Made by a program: the position numbers and the translations under genes | In this document: positions 22,706-32,000 of the stretch, piece after piece | How positions within the stretch are numbered: the first letter of the stretch is position 1 | Layout: the number at the start of each line of letters is the position of its first letter | The notes under the pieces: model-generated | Seen by the model: only the letters and a program-made list of their open reading frames with translations | Database searches by the model: none | What the model was told of the DNA's origin: nothing | Assembly (NCBI RefSeq): GCF_023585785.1 | Contig: NZ_CP097765.1 | Coordinates: forward strand, 300,001 to 332,000 | Reading direction: 5' to 3' | Length of the DNA: 32,000 nucleotides | Source: Blochmannia endosymbiont of Camponotus modoc | GTDB taxonomy: Bacteria > Pseudomonadota > Gammaproteobacteria > Enterobacterales > Enterobacteriaceae

Positions 22706-23461
22706 ATGAATATCATTAGAGTCCCGGTATTAAGCACTAATTATATTTGGCTTTTATATAATTATAAAAATGAATGCATAATTATTGATCCTGGAGAAGC
22801 AATAAAGGTACTAGGTATTTTAAAAAAATTCCAATTCAGATTACGAGCAATTTTATTGACTCATAATCATGTTGATCATGTTAATGGGGTAGCCCCATTA
22901 ATTCAACATTTTCCAAAAACAATTGTTTATGGTCCCACGGAAACTAAAAATAATGGTTCTCACTTCTTGGTATCAGAAGGAGACGATTTTGTATTATTAC
23001 AGAAAAAATTTAAAGTTCTCAATTTACCTGGGCATACATTGGGGCATATTGGGTTTTATAGCGCACCCTGGTTATTTTGCGGAGATACTGTATTCTCTGT
23101 GGGTTGTGGTAAAATCTGCATAGGATTCGCTCAACATATGTATGAATCTTTTTTAAAAATTAAACACCTTCCTCGTAATACCTTAATTTTCAGCGGACAC
23201 GAATATACTTTATCTAATGTTAACTTCGCTATTTCTATTTTACCTCAAGATCAATCCATTATTAACTATCGCAATAAGATTGTTAAATTGTATAAAAACA
23301 AACAACCTACCGTGCCAACAACGTTAAATTTAGAACTAAAGGTTAATCCTTTTTTTCGTTGCGGTAATTCAGATATAAAAAAATCATTAAATTTACCTTG
23401 TAACCTTAAAGAAGAATGGAAAGTTTTTTCTGAATTACGTAAGAAAAAAGATTCTTTTTAG
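22706..23461 (+). CDS. gloB: Hydroxyacylglutathione hydrolase (glyoxalase II)
   Basis: THNHVDHVNG metal motif, LPGHTLGHIGFY, LFCGDTVFSVGCGK, HEYTLSNVNFA. Track ORF starts at TTG 22685; ATG at 22706 preferred. Confidence 0.96.
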   Translation: MNIIRVPVLSTNYIWLLYNYKNECIIIDPGEAIKVLGILKKFQFRLRAILLTHNHVDHVNGVAPLIQHFPKTIVYGPTETKNNGSHFLVSEGDDFVLLQKKFKVLNLPGHTLGHIGFYSAPWLFCGDTVFSVGCGKICIGFAQHMYESFLKIKHLPRNTLIFSGHEYTLSNVNFAISILPQDQSIINYRNKIVKLYKNKQPTVPTTLNLELKVNPFFRCGNSDIKKSLNLPCNLKEEWKVFSELRKKKDSF

Positions 23462-23843
23462 TCTTTATTGTAATATAGTTACTGAATTTCAGTCATTGCT
23501 TCTTATTATAATTTTTATTTTAAAAATTAATTACATTTCCAATTAAAACTTTTTTTAAATTTTTATCTTTTTTATTTTACCACACATTAGTCCTAATTAT
23601 GGTTTACAATTGCCTTTTAATCCTATAAATATATATGTAACACATAATAAAATATTTGAAAAATAAAATTTGTAATATTTATATTAATGTTTAATATGTT
23701 TTTTATTTTCTATAAACAGATAAAAACTCATTAATCATTATCATAATTTATTTATCAGATAAACATAAAAAAATTAATTCATCTGTATTGTTTTTAACTG
23801 TTTTATAGCTTCGATGATTAGATTTCCATTAAATTTTAACACT

Positions 23844-23963
23844 TACTTGGCAGCCCCCTACTCTCGCATGAGGATACCTCACACTACCATTGGTACTACG
23901 ACATTTCACTTCTGAGTTCGAAATGGGATCAGGTGGTACTATCGCGCTAATGCCGCCAAGTAT
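23844..23963 (-). rRNA. rrf: 5S ribosomal RNA (isolated)
   Basis: Minus-strand TACTTGGCGGCATTAGCGCGATAGTACCACCTGATCCCATTTCGAACTCAGAAGTGAAATGTCGTAGTACCAATGGTAGTGTGAGGTATCCTCATGCGAGAGTAGGGGGCTGCCAAGTA; helix I TACTTGGC/GCCAAGTA pairs; ~119 nt; ends approximate. Confidence 0.95.
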
Positions 23964-24152
23964 GATTTTTTAATAATAAAGACAATATCAGTAAATCAAC
24001 TCAATATTTCATATTATATATGATTTTTTTTAAAATAAAAATAAATTCTAAAAATTATAGATTTTATCTGCACAATATACTTTTTAAGAATAGTAAATCT
24101 TTTATGAAAGAATCGTACCCTATATTTATTTCATTATCAAATTAATACGATT

Positions 24153-25022
24153 TTACATATAAAATACAGATCTTAAATGATTTATCACAGGATCAATAGT
24201 AGGAAATGTATTATGCCATAAAAAAAATGAATGAGCCGCTTGTCCTACTAACATACCTAATCCATCTGAACAATAATTTGACCCATTTTTTTTACACCAT
24301 GTTATGAACAACGTATCTTGTTTTGTGTAAAATAAATCATAACATTTAGTGTCAGGAGTAATAAGAAAATATGGTATTTTTGGAATAGTATTGTGTATAT
24401 TGCTGGTTGTAGCATTAATAATTAAACTATATTTATTGGTGTCATAACGTAATTTGTATAAAGGTAGGCATGATATATTTTTATATCCTATTTCCTGATA
24501 ATAAGATGTCAATTCCTGTGCCCTAGAAAACGTTCTATTTACTATATTTATGTGACATGTTGTTATAGTCGTTAATAATATAGGCAGAATTCCTTTTGCA
24601 GCGCCCCCAGCGCCAATTAACAGAATATTCGTTATAGGTTCTTCTTCATGAGAAGTGATTTGATTATTATTATCTAACCAATTAATCCGTTTTAAATCGC
24701 TAATAAATCCTATACCATCAGTATTATCTCCTAGCAAAGTACCGTTTTTTAATTTTTTTATCGTATTAACTGAACGAGCTTTTTCAGCTCGTTCAGTTAA
24801 TTGATTACACAAAAAATATGCATTTTCTTTAAATGGAGAAGTAATATTTGCTCCTAATCCACCTAAATTAAAAAAATTATGTAATAAATAATTGAAATTA
24901 TCTTGTACTGCCAATTTAAGATTATATTTTTTTGATATTCCAATTTCATGTGCAAATAATGCGTAAATTTCTGCTGATTTGCTATGTTTAATCGGATTAC
25001 CAAAAACAGAAAAAGAATCCAT
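24153..25022 (-). CDS. aroE: Shikimate dehydrogenase
   Basis: 289 aa; VFGNPIKHSKS, GANITSPFKENA, NTDGIGFISDL, LLIGAGGAAKGI, YCSDGLGMLVGQAAHSFFLWH. Confidence 0.98.
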   Translation of the reverse strand: MDSFSVFGNPIKHSKSAEIYALFAHEIGISKKYNLKLAVQDNFNYLLHNFFNLGGLGANITSPFKENAYFLCNQLTERAEKARSVNTIKKLKNGTLLGDNTDGIGFISDLKRINWLDNNNQITSHEEEPITNILLIGAGGAAKGILPILLTTITTCHINIVNRTFSRAQELTSYYQEIGYKNISCLPLYKLRYDTNKYSLIINATTSNIHNTIPKIPYFLITPDTKCYDLFYTKQDTLFITWCKKNGSNYCSDGLGMLVGQAAHSFFLWHNTFPTIDPVINHLRSVFYM

Positions 25023-25048
25023 TTATTTATCTCCTTGAATAATAAAAA

Positions 25049-25591
25049 TTATTCACGAATTAGTTTACCAGTCATAACATCTCTAATTGTTGAAGGATTG
25101 GGTCTTCCAAGTATATCTTCATGCATGATAGATATGTTATACCCGAGTTGATCGTGTACTTCTTCAATAGTACGTGCCGGAGGCTGTCCAGATAAATTCG
25201 CACTAGTGGATACCAAGGGTTTTCCAAAAGCTAAGCAAAGACGTTGAATTGGTTCAAAATGACTGACTCGTACTGCTAAAGAAGAAAATTGACCTGTTAA
25301 CCAATATGATCTATTAAATTGCGCCGGAAATACCCACGTCATCGGTCCAGGCCAAGTAGAAAAAACTCGTGATCTTTGGGTTTCATTTAAGCAACTATCA
25401 TCAATATACCTAAGTAATTGTGTATAATTAGCAGCAATTAAAATTAAACCTTTTTTCCAAGATCTATTTTTTATTTTTAGTAAAGTAGATATTGCGTTTT
25501 TATTATCAGGATCACATCCTAAACCAAACACTGATTCTGTTGGATAAATAATTACTTGCCCTTGACTTAGCTGTATAAGTAAATCTTTCAT
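25049..25591 (-). CDS. tsaC: Threonylcarbamoyl-AMP synthase (YrdC/Sua5 family)
   Basis: 180 aa; YPTESVFGLGCDPDN, KKGLILIAANYTQL, WPGPMTWVFPA, KPLVSTSANLSGQPP. Confidence 0.96.
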   Translation of the reverse strand: MKDLLIQLSQGQVIIYPTESVFGLGCDPDNKNAISTLLKIKNRSWKKGLILIAANYTQLLRYIDDSCLNETQRSRVFSTWPGPMTWVFPAQFNRSYWLTGQFSSLAVRVSHFEPIQRLCLAFGKPLVSTSANLSGQPPARTIEEVHDQLGYNISIMHEDILGRPNPSTIRDVMTGKLIRE

Positions 25592-26061
25592 ATTTGATGA
25601 AGAAAATATCCTTATTGTAGATTATGATTCCAATTAATTATTTGTTATAAATAGCATATAATATTCTTTTATTTAAGTCGATATTAAAAAAATAATAAAT
25701 TTTCAAGTATTAATTGGGTAACTTTTAATTTATATGTAATATCTATAATAATTTAAGATTCTTATATATCAATGATTTTTTTATTAATAAAATATATAAG
25801 TATATTCTATTAAATATTTTGCGGTACAGCGTACTCTGTTTCTATATGTATTTAGTACACGTCGAATATTTATTTAATTATTTAATTAAATAATAAATTC
25901 TAGGTATCAAGAACGATTCCAAATGTCATTGACCGTTAATAAATTTTAATTCCATATATTATCATTATGAGTATAAAATACTTGTATCATATCTTGATTA
26001 TATTCGTAAGTCACTAGATAATATATGGAATTAAAAATTTAATGTAATAATTTTTTATTTT

Positions 26062-26586
26062 ATGTCGATATTAGAAATACTGTATTATCCGGATAAACGC
26101 CTTAGAACAATCGCTGATCCTGTTGTTGCGGTATCTGATGATACTAATCAAATTATAAATGATATGTTTGATACTATGTATTTTAAAAAAGGCATTGGGT
26201 TAGCTGCAACACAAGTTAATATTCACCAGCAAATTATTGTTATTGATCTTTATAAAAAAAATAAACAACGTTTAGTTTTTATTAATCCTGCTATTACAAA
26301 AAAAACAGGTGTTATTGGTATTCCTGAAAGTTGTTTATCTATTCCTCAAATACACGAAATTGTTCCGCGTTCAGAAAAAATAACCATTCAATCATTAGAT
26401 CAATATGGTAATGAATTTGAGATGGAAGCTAATAATTTATTAGCAATTTGCATTCAACACGAAGTAGATCATTTGTTTGGAAAACTTTTTATCGATCATT
26501 TGTCTCCATTAAAAATTAAAAAAATTCATAAAAAAATAAAAAAATTATCTAAAACATTTAATAAAAAGAATCAGTTTCCTCTTTGA
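26062..26586 (+). CDS. def: Peptide deformylase
   Basis: 174 aa; GIGLAATQV, ESCLSIP (motif 2, usually EGCLS), CIQHEVDHLFGKLF. Confidence 0.97.
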   Translation: MSILEILYYPDKRLRTIADPVVAVSDDTNQIINDMFDTMYFKKGIGLAATQVNIHQQIIVIDLYKKNKQRLVFINPAITKKTGVIGIPESCLSIPQIHEIVPRSEKITIQSLDQYGNEFEMEANNLLAICIQHEVDHLFGKLFIDHLSPLKIKKIHKKIKKLSKTFNKKNQFPL

Positions 26587-26594
26587 TATATATT

Positions 26595-27563
26595 ATGGTA
26601 CACTTAAGACCTTTGCGTATTGCTTTTTTTGGAACTACAAGTTTTGCGGCATGGCATTTATATACACTGGCTCATCTGTCTATGCATCAGATAATAGCAG
26701 TGTTTACTCAAGAGACACAAGTATCTACATGTAAATCCTTTTTATCTTTATATAAAATAGCAAAAAAATATAATATATCGTTATTCCAGTCTCGTACTTT
26801 ATCTATTGCTGATATTATTTATATTATTAAAAAAATTGATGTGGATTTGATAGTAGTTGTGTCTTATGGATTAATTTTACCGCAAGAAATATTAAATATA
26901 CCACGACTAGGCTGTATTAATGTACATGGTTCATTATTACCTCGTTGGCGTGGACCAGCACCAATTCAACGTGCATTAGAATATGGCGATTCCATTACAG
27001 GAATAACCATTATGCAAATGGATTTGGGAATAGATACTGGAGATATTTTGCATATTATGCCTTGCAAAATTTTTCCAAAAGACACTAGTCATACTCTTTC
27101 TAATAGATTAATGAATATTGGATCTGCCATGTTATTCCAAGTACTGGATCAGTTTATATTAGGTACATCTACTTTGATGCCTCAAGACTCAACTTATGCT
27201 ACATATGCGCATAAATTAAATAAACAAGAAGCACGCATCAATTGGAATTTATCAGCAATCCAATTGGAACGATGCATCCGAGCTTTTAATCCATGGCCAA
27301 TTAGTTATTTTCAAATAAAAAATGATCGCATTAGAGTATGGGATGCCGAAGTAAGCAATCAAAACATCAATAACTACTCGTCGTCGGCATCTATATTACC
27401 TGGTACCATATTAGCAACTAATCCAAATGGTATTCATGTTGGTACTGGTTCTGGAGTATTAATACTTACTATGTTACAAATTTCAGGGAAAAAAATAACA
27501 TCTGCGCGCGATATTCTCAATGCATACAAAGAATGGTTCAAACCTAACTCTGTATTAGAATAA
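26595..27563 (+). CDS. fmt: Methionyl-tRNA formyltransferase
   Basis: VVSYGLILPQEILNIPRLGCINVHGSLLPRWRGPAPIQRALEYGD, TGITIMQMDLGIDTGDIL, AFNPWP. Track ORF starts at TTG 26583; ATG at 26595 preferred. Confidence 0.97.
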   Translation: MVHLRPLRIAFFGTTSFAAWHLYTLAHLSMHQIIAVFTQETQVSTCKSFLSLYKIAKKYNISLFQSRTLSIADIIYIIKKIDVDLIVVVSYGLILPQEILNIPRLGCINVHGSLLPRWRGPAPIQRALEYGDSITGITIMQMDLGIDTGDILHIMPCKIFPKDTSHTLSNRLMNIGSAMLFQVLDQFILGTSTLMPQDSTYATYAHKLNKQEARINWNLSAIQLERCIRAFNPWPISYFQIKNDRIRVWDAEVSNQNINNYSSSASILPGTILATNPNGIHVGTGSGVLILTMLQISGKKITSARDILNAYKEWFKPNSVLE

Positions 27564-27623
27564 AATGATCAAGATATGTTTACGTTCATTACTAGACTTA
27601 ATTATATACCTCTATATTATTTT

Positions 27624-28001
27624 TTATATTTTTTGTCTTATTTTAGATCGTTCCACTAGTTCTATGTATGCCATTGGAGCATTATCTCCCTTACGTAATC
27701 CACATTTTAGTATACGAGTATACCCTCCAGGTCGATTATAAAAATGCGGACTAATTTGTGTGAACAATTTTGTAACAACATCATTATTTCTAGTTTTAGA
27801 AAAAACTAGACGACGATTTGCGATCGTATCCACTTTGCTACGCGTAATCAACGGTTCAATAATACGACGCAATGCCTTAGCTTTAGATAAAGTAGTTTTT
27901 ATTATTTTATGCATTACCAATGAAACAACCATGTTTTTAAACATAGCTTTACGATGAGCACTAGTTCTGTTTAGCTTAGAACCGCTTTTTCGATGACGCA
28001 T
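27624..28001 (-). CDS. rplQ: 50S ribosomal protein L17
   Basis: 125 aa; [30 protein letters not shown]-like [21 protein letters not shown]. Confidence 0.98.
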   Translation of the reverse strand: MRHRKSGSKLNRTSAHRKAMFKNMVVSLVMHKIIKTTLSKAKALRRIIEPLITRSKVDTIANRRLVFSKTRNNDVVTKLFTQISPHFYNRPGGYTRILKCGLRKGDNAPMAYIELVERSKIRQKI

Positions 28002-28039
28002 AATAAATTACCTTTTTTTAAATATTAAATTATCCATGA

Positions 28040-29032
28040 TTAATTATCTAAAATATTCGTAGGAGGCCAATTTTCTAAACGTGTTCCTAAAGACAATCCA
28101 CGAGATGCTAATACATCTTTTATCTCTGTCAATGATTTTTTTCCCAAATTAGGGGTTTTTAATAATTCTACTTCTGTTCGTTGTACTAAATCTCCAATAT
28201 AGTGAATAGATTCTGCTTTTAGACAATTAGCAGAACGTACAGTCAGTTCTAAGTCATCAACAAGGCGTAATAAGACTGGATCAAATTCTGGTTTTTCTTC
28301 TTTATGTTCTGGTTGATGTATATCCCTTAAATCAATAAATGCTTCAAGTTGTTCAGATAAAATTGTTGCTGCACGCCTAATCGCTTCTTCCGGTTCTATA
28401 GTTCCATTCGTTTCCATATCAATAATGAGTTTATCTAAATCTGTACGTTGCTCAACGCGAGCAGCTTCTACATTATAAGAAATCCTTTCTACCGGGCTAT
28501 AGCATGCATCTAATAATAATCGACCGATTGGTAAGATATCTGATTCAGAATTAAACCTGGAAGAAGCTGGAACGTAACCTCGTCCGCGTTGCACTTTAAT
28601 ACGCATGCTAATAGATGTATTCTTGTCAGTTATATGACATATAATATGATTAGGGGTAACAATTTTTACGCTATTGCTATCATATAAAATATCCTTTGCG
28701 ATTACAGGTCCAATACCGGATTTTTTTAAAGTTAAAGTAACGCTATCTTTTCCTTCAATTCTAATAGCTAATTTCTTTAAGTTAAGTAAAATCTCTAAAA
28801 CATCTTCTTGTATACCTTCTTTTGTACTATATTCATGTAATACCCCATCAATTTCAACCTCTGTTATAGCATATCCAGGCATTGAAGAAAGTAAGATACG
28901 ACGTAGGGCGTTTCCTAAAGTATGACCAAATCCTCGTTCCAACGGCTCCAGAGTAACTTTAGAGCGTGTTTCAGTAATTTGTTCAATATCTACTAAACGT
29001 GGCTTTAAAAATTCTATTACAGAATTCTGCAT
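28040..29032 (-). CDS. rpoA: DNA-directed RNA polymerase subunit alpha
   Basis: 330 aa; [42 protein letters not shown]-like, C-terminal [13 protein letters not shown] and [10 protein letters not shown]. Confidence 0.99.
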   Translation of the reverse strand: MQNSVIEFLKPRLVDIEQITETRSKVTLEPLERGFGHTLGNALRRILLSSMPGYAITEVEIDGVLHEYSTKEGIQEDVLEILLNLKKLAIRIEGKDSVTLTLKKSGIGPVIAKDILYDSNSVKIVTPNHIICHITDKNTSISMRIKVQRGRGYVPASSRFNSESDILPIGRLLLDACYSPVERISYNVEAARVEQRTDLDKLIIDMETNGTIEPEEAIRRAATILSEQLEAFIDLRDIHQPEHKEEKPEFDPVLLRLVDDLELTVRSANCLKAESIHYIGDLVQRTEVELLKTPNLGKKSLTEIKDVLASRGLSLGTRLENWPPTNILDN

Positions 29033-29066
29033 GTTTCCTCTCTTTTTACTATTTCACAAATTTTAC

Positions 29067-29690
29067 TTATTTTGAATATAATTCGATAATCAAATGTTCA
29101 TCGATATTTGCAGATAATTCGCTACGCTCTGGATAACGTTTAAATAGACCTTGTAGTTTAATGGGATCTACTTCAATCCATGCTAATTTTTCTCTTTGCT
29201 GCTCAGAAAGTTCTAAAGAAGCACGAATCCTAGATTGCTTATGTGATTTTTCATGTATTTTAATAACAGTATTGGGAACAACTTGATATGAAGCTATATT
29301 AACAATACGGTTTTCAACCATAATGGATTTATGACTTACTAATTGACGGGCTTCAGCACGTGTTGCTCCAAATCCCATACGATACACAGTATTATCTAAT
29401 CTGCTTTCTAATAATTTTAATAAATTTTCACCAGTGTTGCCTTTAATACGTGCAGCTCTCTTATAATAATTAGAGAACTGACGCTCTAAGATGCCATATA
29501 TACGTCTAACTTTTTGTTTTTCTCTTAGCTGTATTCCATAATCTGAAAAACGAGATTTACGCATATTATGTTGCCCTGGAGGTTGCTCGAGTTTACATTT
29601 AGAATCAATAGTACGAATTCCAGATTTTAAAAAAAGATCTGTACCCTCACGACGACTTAACTTAAGTTTAGGTCCTAAATATTTAGCCAT
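29067..29690 (-). CDS. rpsD: 30S ribosomal protein S4
   Basis: 207 aa from [24 protein letters not shown] to [13 protein letters not shown]. The track ORF start at 29816 is an open-frame extension overlapping rpsK. Confidence 0.98.
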   Translation of the reverse strand: MAKYLGPKLKLSRREGTDLFLKSGIRTIDSKCKLEQPPGQHNMRKSRFSDYGIQLREKQKVRRIYGILERQFSNYYKRAARIKGNTGENLLKLLESRLDNTVYRMGFGATRAEARQLVSHKSIMVENRIVNIASYQVVPNTVIKIHEKSHKQSRIRASLELSEQQREKLAWIEVDPIKLQGLFKRYPERSELSANIDEHLIIELYSK

Positions 29691-29727
29691 ATTTTTTATT
29701 CCTTGAAAATAAACTAATGAATCTTCT

Positions 29728-30120
29728 TTAGACACGGCGTTTTTTAGAAGGACGGCAACCATTATGAGGAATTGGGGTGACATCAGTAATGCTGGTAATA
29801 TGAAATCCTGCTGCATTTAACGCTCGTACCGCAGATTCACGTCCTGGTCCTGGCCCTTTAACCATAACTTCTAAATTTTTTACCCCATATTCTTGAACTA
29901 TTTCAGCGCAACGCTCTGCTGCTATTTGCGCAGCAAAAGGTGTAGATTTTCGAGATCCTCTAAATCCAGAGCCCCCAGCTGTAGCCCATCCTAAAGTATT
30001 ACCTTGCTTATCACTAATAGTGATAATAGTATTATTAAAAGATGCATGTATATGGGCTACGCCATCTAAAATTTGTTTTTTGATCCGCTTGCGCGCTCGA
30101 AGATTGGATGATTTAATCAT
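29728..30120 (-). CDS. rpsK: 30S ribosomal protein S11
   Basis: 130 aa; [55 protein letters not shown]. Confidence 0.99.
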   Translation of the reverse strand: MIKSSNLRARKRIKKQILDGVAHIHASFNNTIITISDKQGNTLGWATAGGSGFRGSRKSTPFAAQIAAERCAEIVQEYGVKNLEVMVKGPGPGRESAVRALNAAGFHITSITDVTPIPHNGCRPSKKRRV

Positions 30121-30161
30121 TTTATATTTGTGCTTTTTTATTTATTAATTACTTATTTAAA

Positions 30162-30518
30162 TTATTTGTTCATTAACTTACGAGGACCTTTACGAGTTCT
30201 AGCATTTGTTCTAGTTCTTTGTCCCCGTACTGGTAAATTACGACGATGACGTAATCCTCGGTAAGTACCAAGATCAATTAAACGTTTGATATTTAGAGTT
30301 ACTTCTCGGCGTAAATCCCCTTCTACGATATATTCATCAACCGCATCACGTAATTTATCTATATGAATTTCAGACAATTTACAAAGTTGTACATGTTCAT
30401 CTATACCTGTATTCAGACAAATTGAACGAGCACGGGATTTTCCGATTCCATAAATAGACATTAAAGCAACAACAGCATGTTTTCTATCAGGAATATTGAC
30501 ACCTGCTATACGTACCAC
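30162..30518 (-). CDS. rpsM: 30S ribosomal protein S13
   Basis: 118 aa; [47 protein letters not shown]. Confidence 0.99.
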   Translation of the reverse strand: MVRIAGVNIPDRKHAVVALMSIYGIGKSRARSICLNTGIDEHVQLCKLSEIHIDKLRDAVDEYIVEGDLRREVTLNIKRLIDLGTYRGLRHRRNLPVRGQRTRTNARTRKGPRKLMNK

Positions 30519-30562
30519 TATTTTATACTCCTAAAAGTTAATTATTCTATACTGAATAACCA

Positions 30563-30679
30563 TTATCCTTGTCGTTGTTTATGCTTTGGATCCACGCGAC
30601 AAACTACACGAATAACGTTATGTCTCTTCACAATTTCACAATAACGACATAATTTTTTCACTGACGTACGTACTTTCAT
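30563..30679 (-). CDS. rpmJ: 50S ribosomal protein L36 (zinc-ribbon form)
   Basis: Absent from the ORF track (too short). Minus-strand translation [38 protein letters not shown], 38 aa, C-x2-C/C/H retained. Confidence 0.97.
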   Translation of the reverse strand: MKVRTSVKKLCRYCEIVKRHNVIRVVCRVDPKHKQRQG

Positions 30680-30715
30680 AATGTTTCCTATAATCATATG
30701 TATATGATTTATTGA

Positions 30716-32000
30716 TCAATGATTAAAATGTTTCAGGTTTGCTTTTTTAAGCACAGATTCATATTGACTAGACATCATTAAAGTTTGTATTTGGGCCATA
30801 AAATCCATAATTACCACAACTACAATAAGTAAAGATGTTCCTCCAAAATAGAAAGGAACTTTCATAGCAATTCTCATAAACTCTGGTACTAAACAAATAA
30901 ATGTAACATACATTGCACCAATGAAAGTCAAACGAATCATAATTTTATTAATATATTTTGCAGTTTGTTCTCCCGGTCTAATTCCAGGAACAAATGCTCC
31001 CGATTTTTTTAAATTTTCAGCTGTTTCACGGGGATTAAAAACTAAAGATGTGTAAAAAAAACAAAAAAACATAATAGCTGCCGCATAAAGTAAGATGTAT
31101 AATGGTTGACCTGGTTGTAGATATAAAGAAATAATAGTTAACCATTGCCAATTAGTACTACTTCCGAACCAAGAAATTACAGTACCCGGGAACAAGATGA
31201 CACTAGAAGCAAAAATAGCAGGAATGACACCAGCCATATTTACTTTAAGTGGTAAATGTGTACTTTGAGCAGCATAAACACGACGGCCTTGTTGACGTTG
31301 AGCATAATGTACTAAAATACGACGTTGTCCCCGTTCCATAAATACAACGAAAAAAGTAACACTCAATACCAAGCAAATAATTAAAATTAATATAAAAAAA
31401 TGTAACTCATCTTGTCTCACTTGTTCTATGGTATGCCCTATAGCCAGTGGTAATCCAGCAATTATCCCTGAGAAAATAATAATTGAAACACCATTTCCTA
31501 TACCTCTGCTAGTGATTTGATCACCTAGCCACATTAGAAAAACAGTACCACAAACAAGACTAATAATTGCTATACAATAAAAGGAAAATCCTGGATTAAT
31601 CACTAATCCCGATACATTAGGCAAACTAGTGACAATGCCTACTGATTGTAGTATTCCAAGTATTAAAGTTCCATAACGAATATACTGGTTAATTACTCTC
31701 CTACCACTTTCTCCTTCTTTTTTAATTTCTATTAAAGTAGGGTGTACCGTAGTTAATAGCTGAACAATAATTGAAGCTGAAATATATGGCATAATCCCTA
31801 AACTAAAGATAGAAGCACGACTTAAAGAGCCTCCAGAAAACATATTAAACATTTCGATAATAGTACCGTGTTGTTGTTCAATAATTTGTGCCAAAACAAT
31901 CAAATCTACTCCTGGAATTGGAATAAATGATCCCATGCGAAAAATGATTAAAGCGCCAATTACAAACATAATTCTACGTTTCAAGTCGCCTAACCCGCCT
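30716..32000 (-). CDS. secY: Protein translocase subunit SecY (5' end truncated by window edge)
   Basis: [54 protein letters not shown]-like, [13 protein letters not shown]. Frame continues upstream of the track start at 31984 as [11 protein letters not shown], matching the SecY N-terminal region, so the start lies outside the window. Confidence 0.98.
   Translation of the reverse strand, partial: GGLGDLKRRIMFVIGALIIFRMGSFIPIPGVDLIVLAQIIEQQHGTIIEMFNMFSGGSLSRASIFSLGIMPYISASIIVQLLTTVHPTLIEIKKEGESGRRVINQYIRYGTLILGILQSVGIVTSLPNVSGLVINPGFSFYCIAIISLVCGTVFLMWLGDQITSRGIGNGVSIIIFSGIIAGLPLAIGHTIEQVRQDELHFFILILIICLVLSVTFFVVFMERGQRRILVHYAQRQQGRRVYAAQSTHLPLKVNMAGVIPAIFASSVILFPGTVISWFGSSTNWQWLTIISLYLQPGQPLYILLYAAAIMFFCFFYTSLVFNPRETAENLKKSGAFVPGIRPGEQTAKYINKIMIRLTFIGAMYVTFICLVPEFMRIAMKVPFYFGGTSLLIVVVVIMDFMAQIQTLMMSSQYESVLKKANLKHFNH

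Noticed and set aside
29691-29816. 42-aa N-terminal extension of S4 in the ORF track
   Set aside because: S4 universally starts at MA(K/R)YLGPK; the extension is just an open frame overlapping rpsK.

Overview
This is a 32 kb, very AT-rich, housekeeping-only segment. It looks like the chromosome of a reduced gammaproteobacterial insect endosymbiont. Gene content and order are most like Candidatus Blochmannia, but that assignment is inference. I support 30 protein-coding genes, one tRNA and one 5S rRNA. In order they are: cyoB-C-D-E, yajR, thiI(-), ispA-dxs, pgpA/nusB/ribE(ribH)/ribD(-), secF/secD/yajC/tgt(-), a ~1.5 kb non-coding gap, ahpC-like peroxiredoxin(+), tRNA-Thr(CGU)(-), gmhA/dnaQ(-), rnhA-gloB(+), a lone 5S rRNA(-), aroE/tsaC(-), def-fmt(+), and rplQ-rpoA-rpsD-rpsK-rpsM-rpmJ-secY(-). 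secY runs off the right edge. Three ancestral enterobacterial blocks are recognisable, each collinear with E. coli apart from deletions. I found no mobile element, CRISPR array, phage, toxin-antitoxin, restriction or other defence system, and no convincing novel multi-gene system. The observations most worth a second look are: the orphan 5S gene at a block junction that fits an rrnH x rrnD-type recombination followed by loss of 16S/23S; relaxed motifs in both formyl-methionine cycle enzymes (Fmt tRNA-recognition loop, Def motif 2); a degenerate C-terminal lysine/GK region in IspA; a YajR transporter lacking the YAM domain; and tgt without queA beside a long degraded gap.
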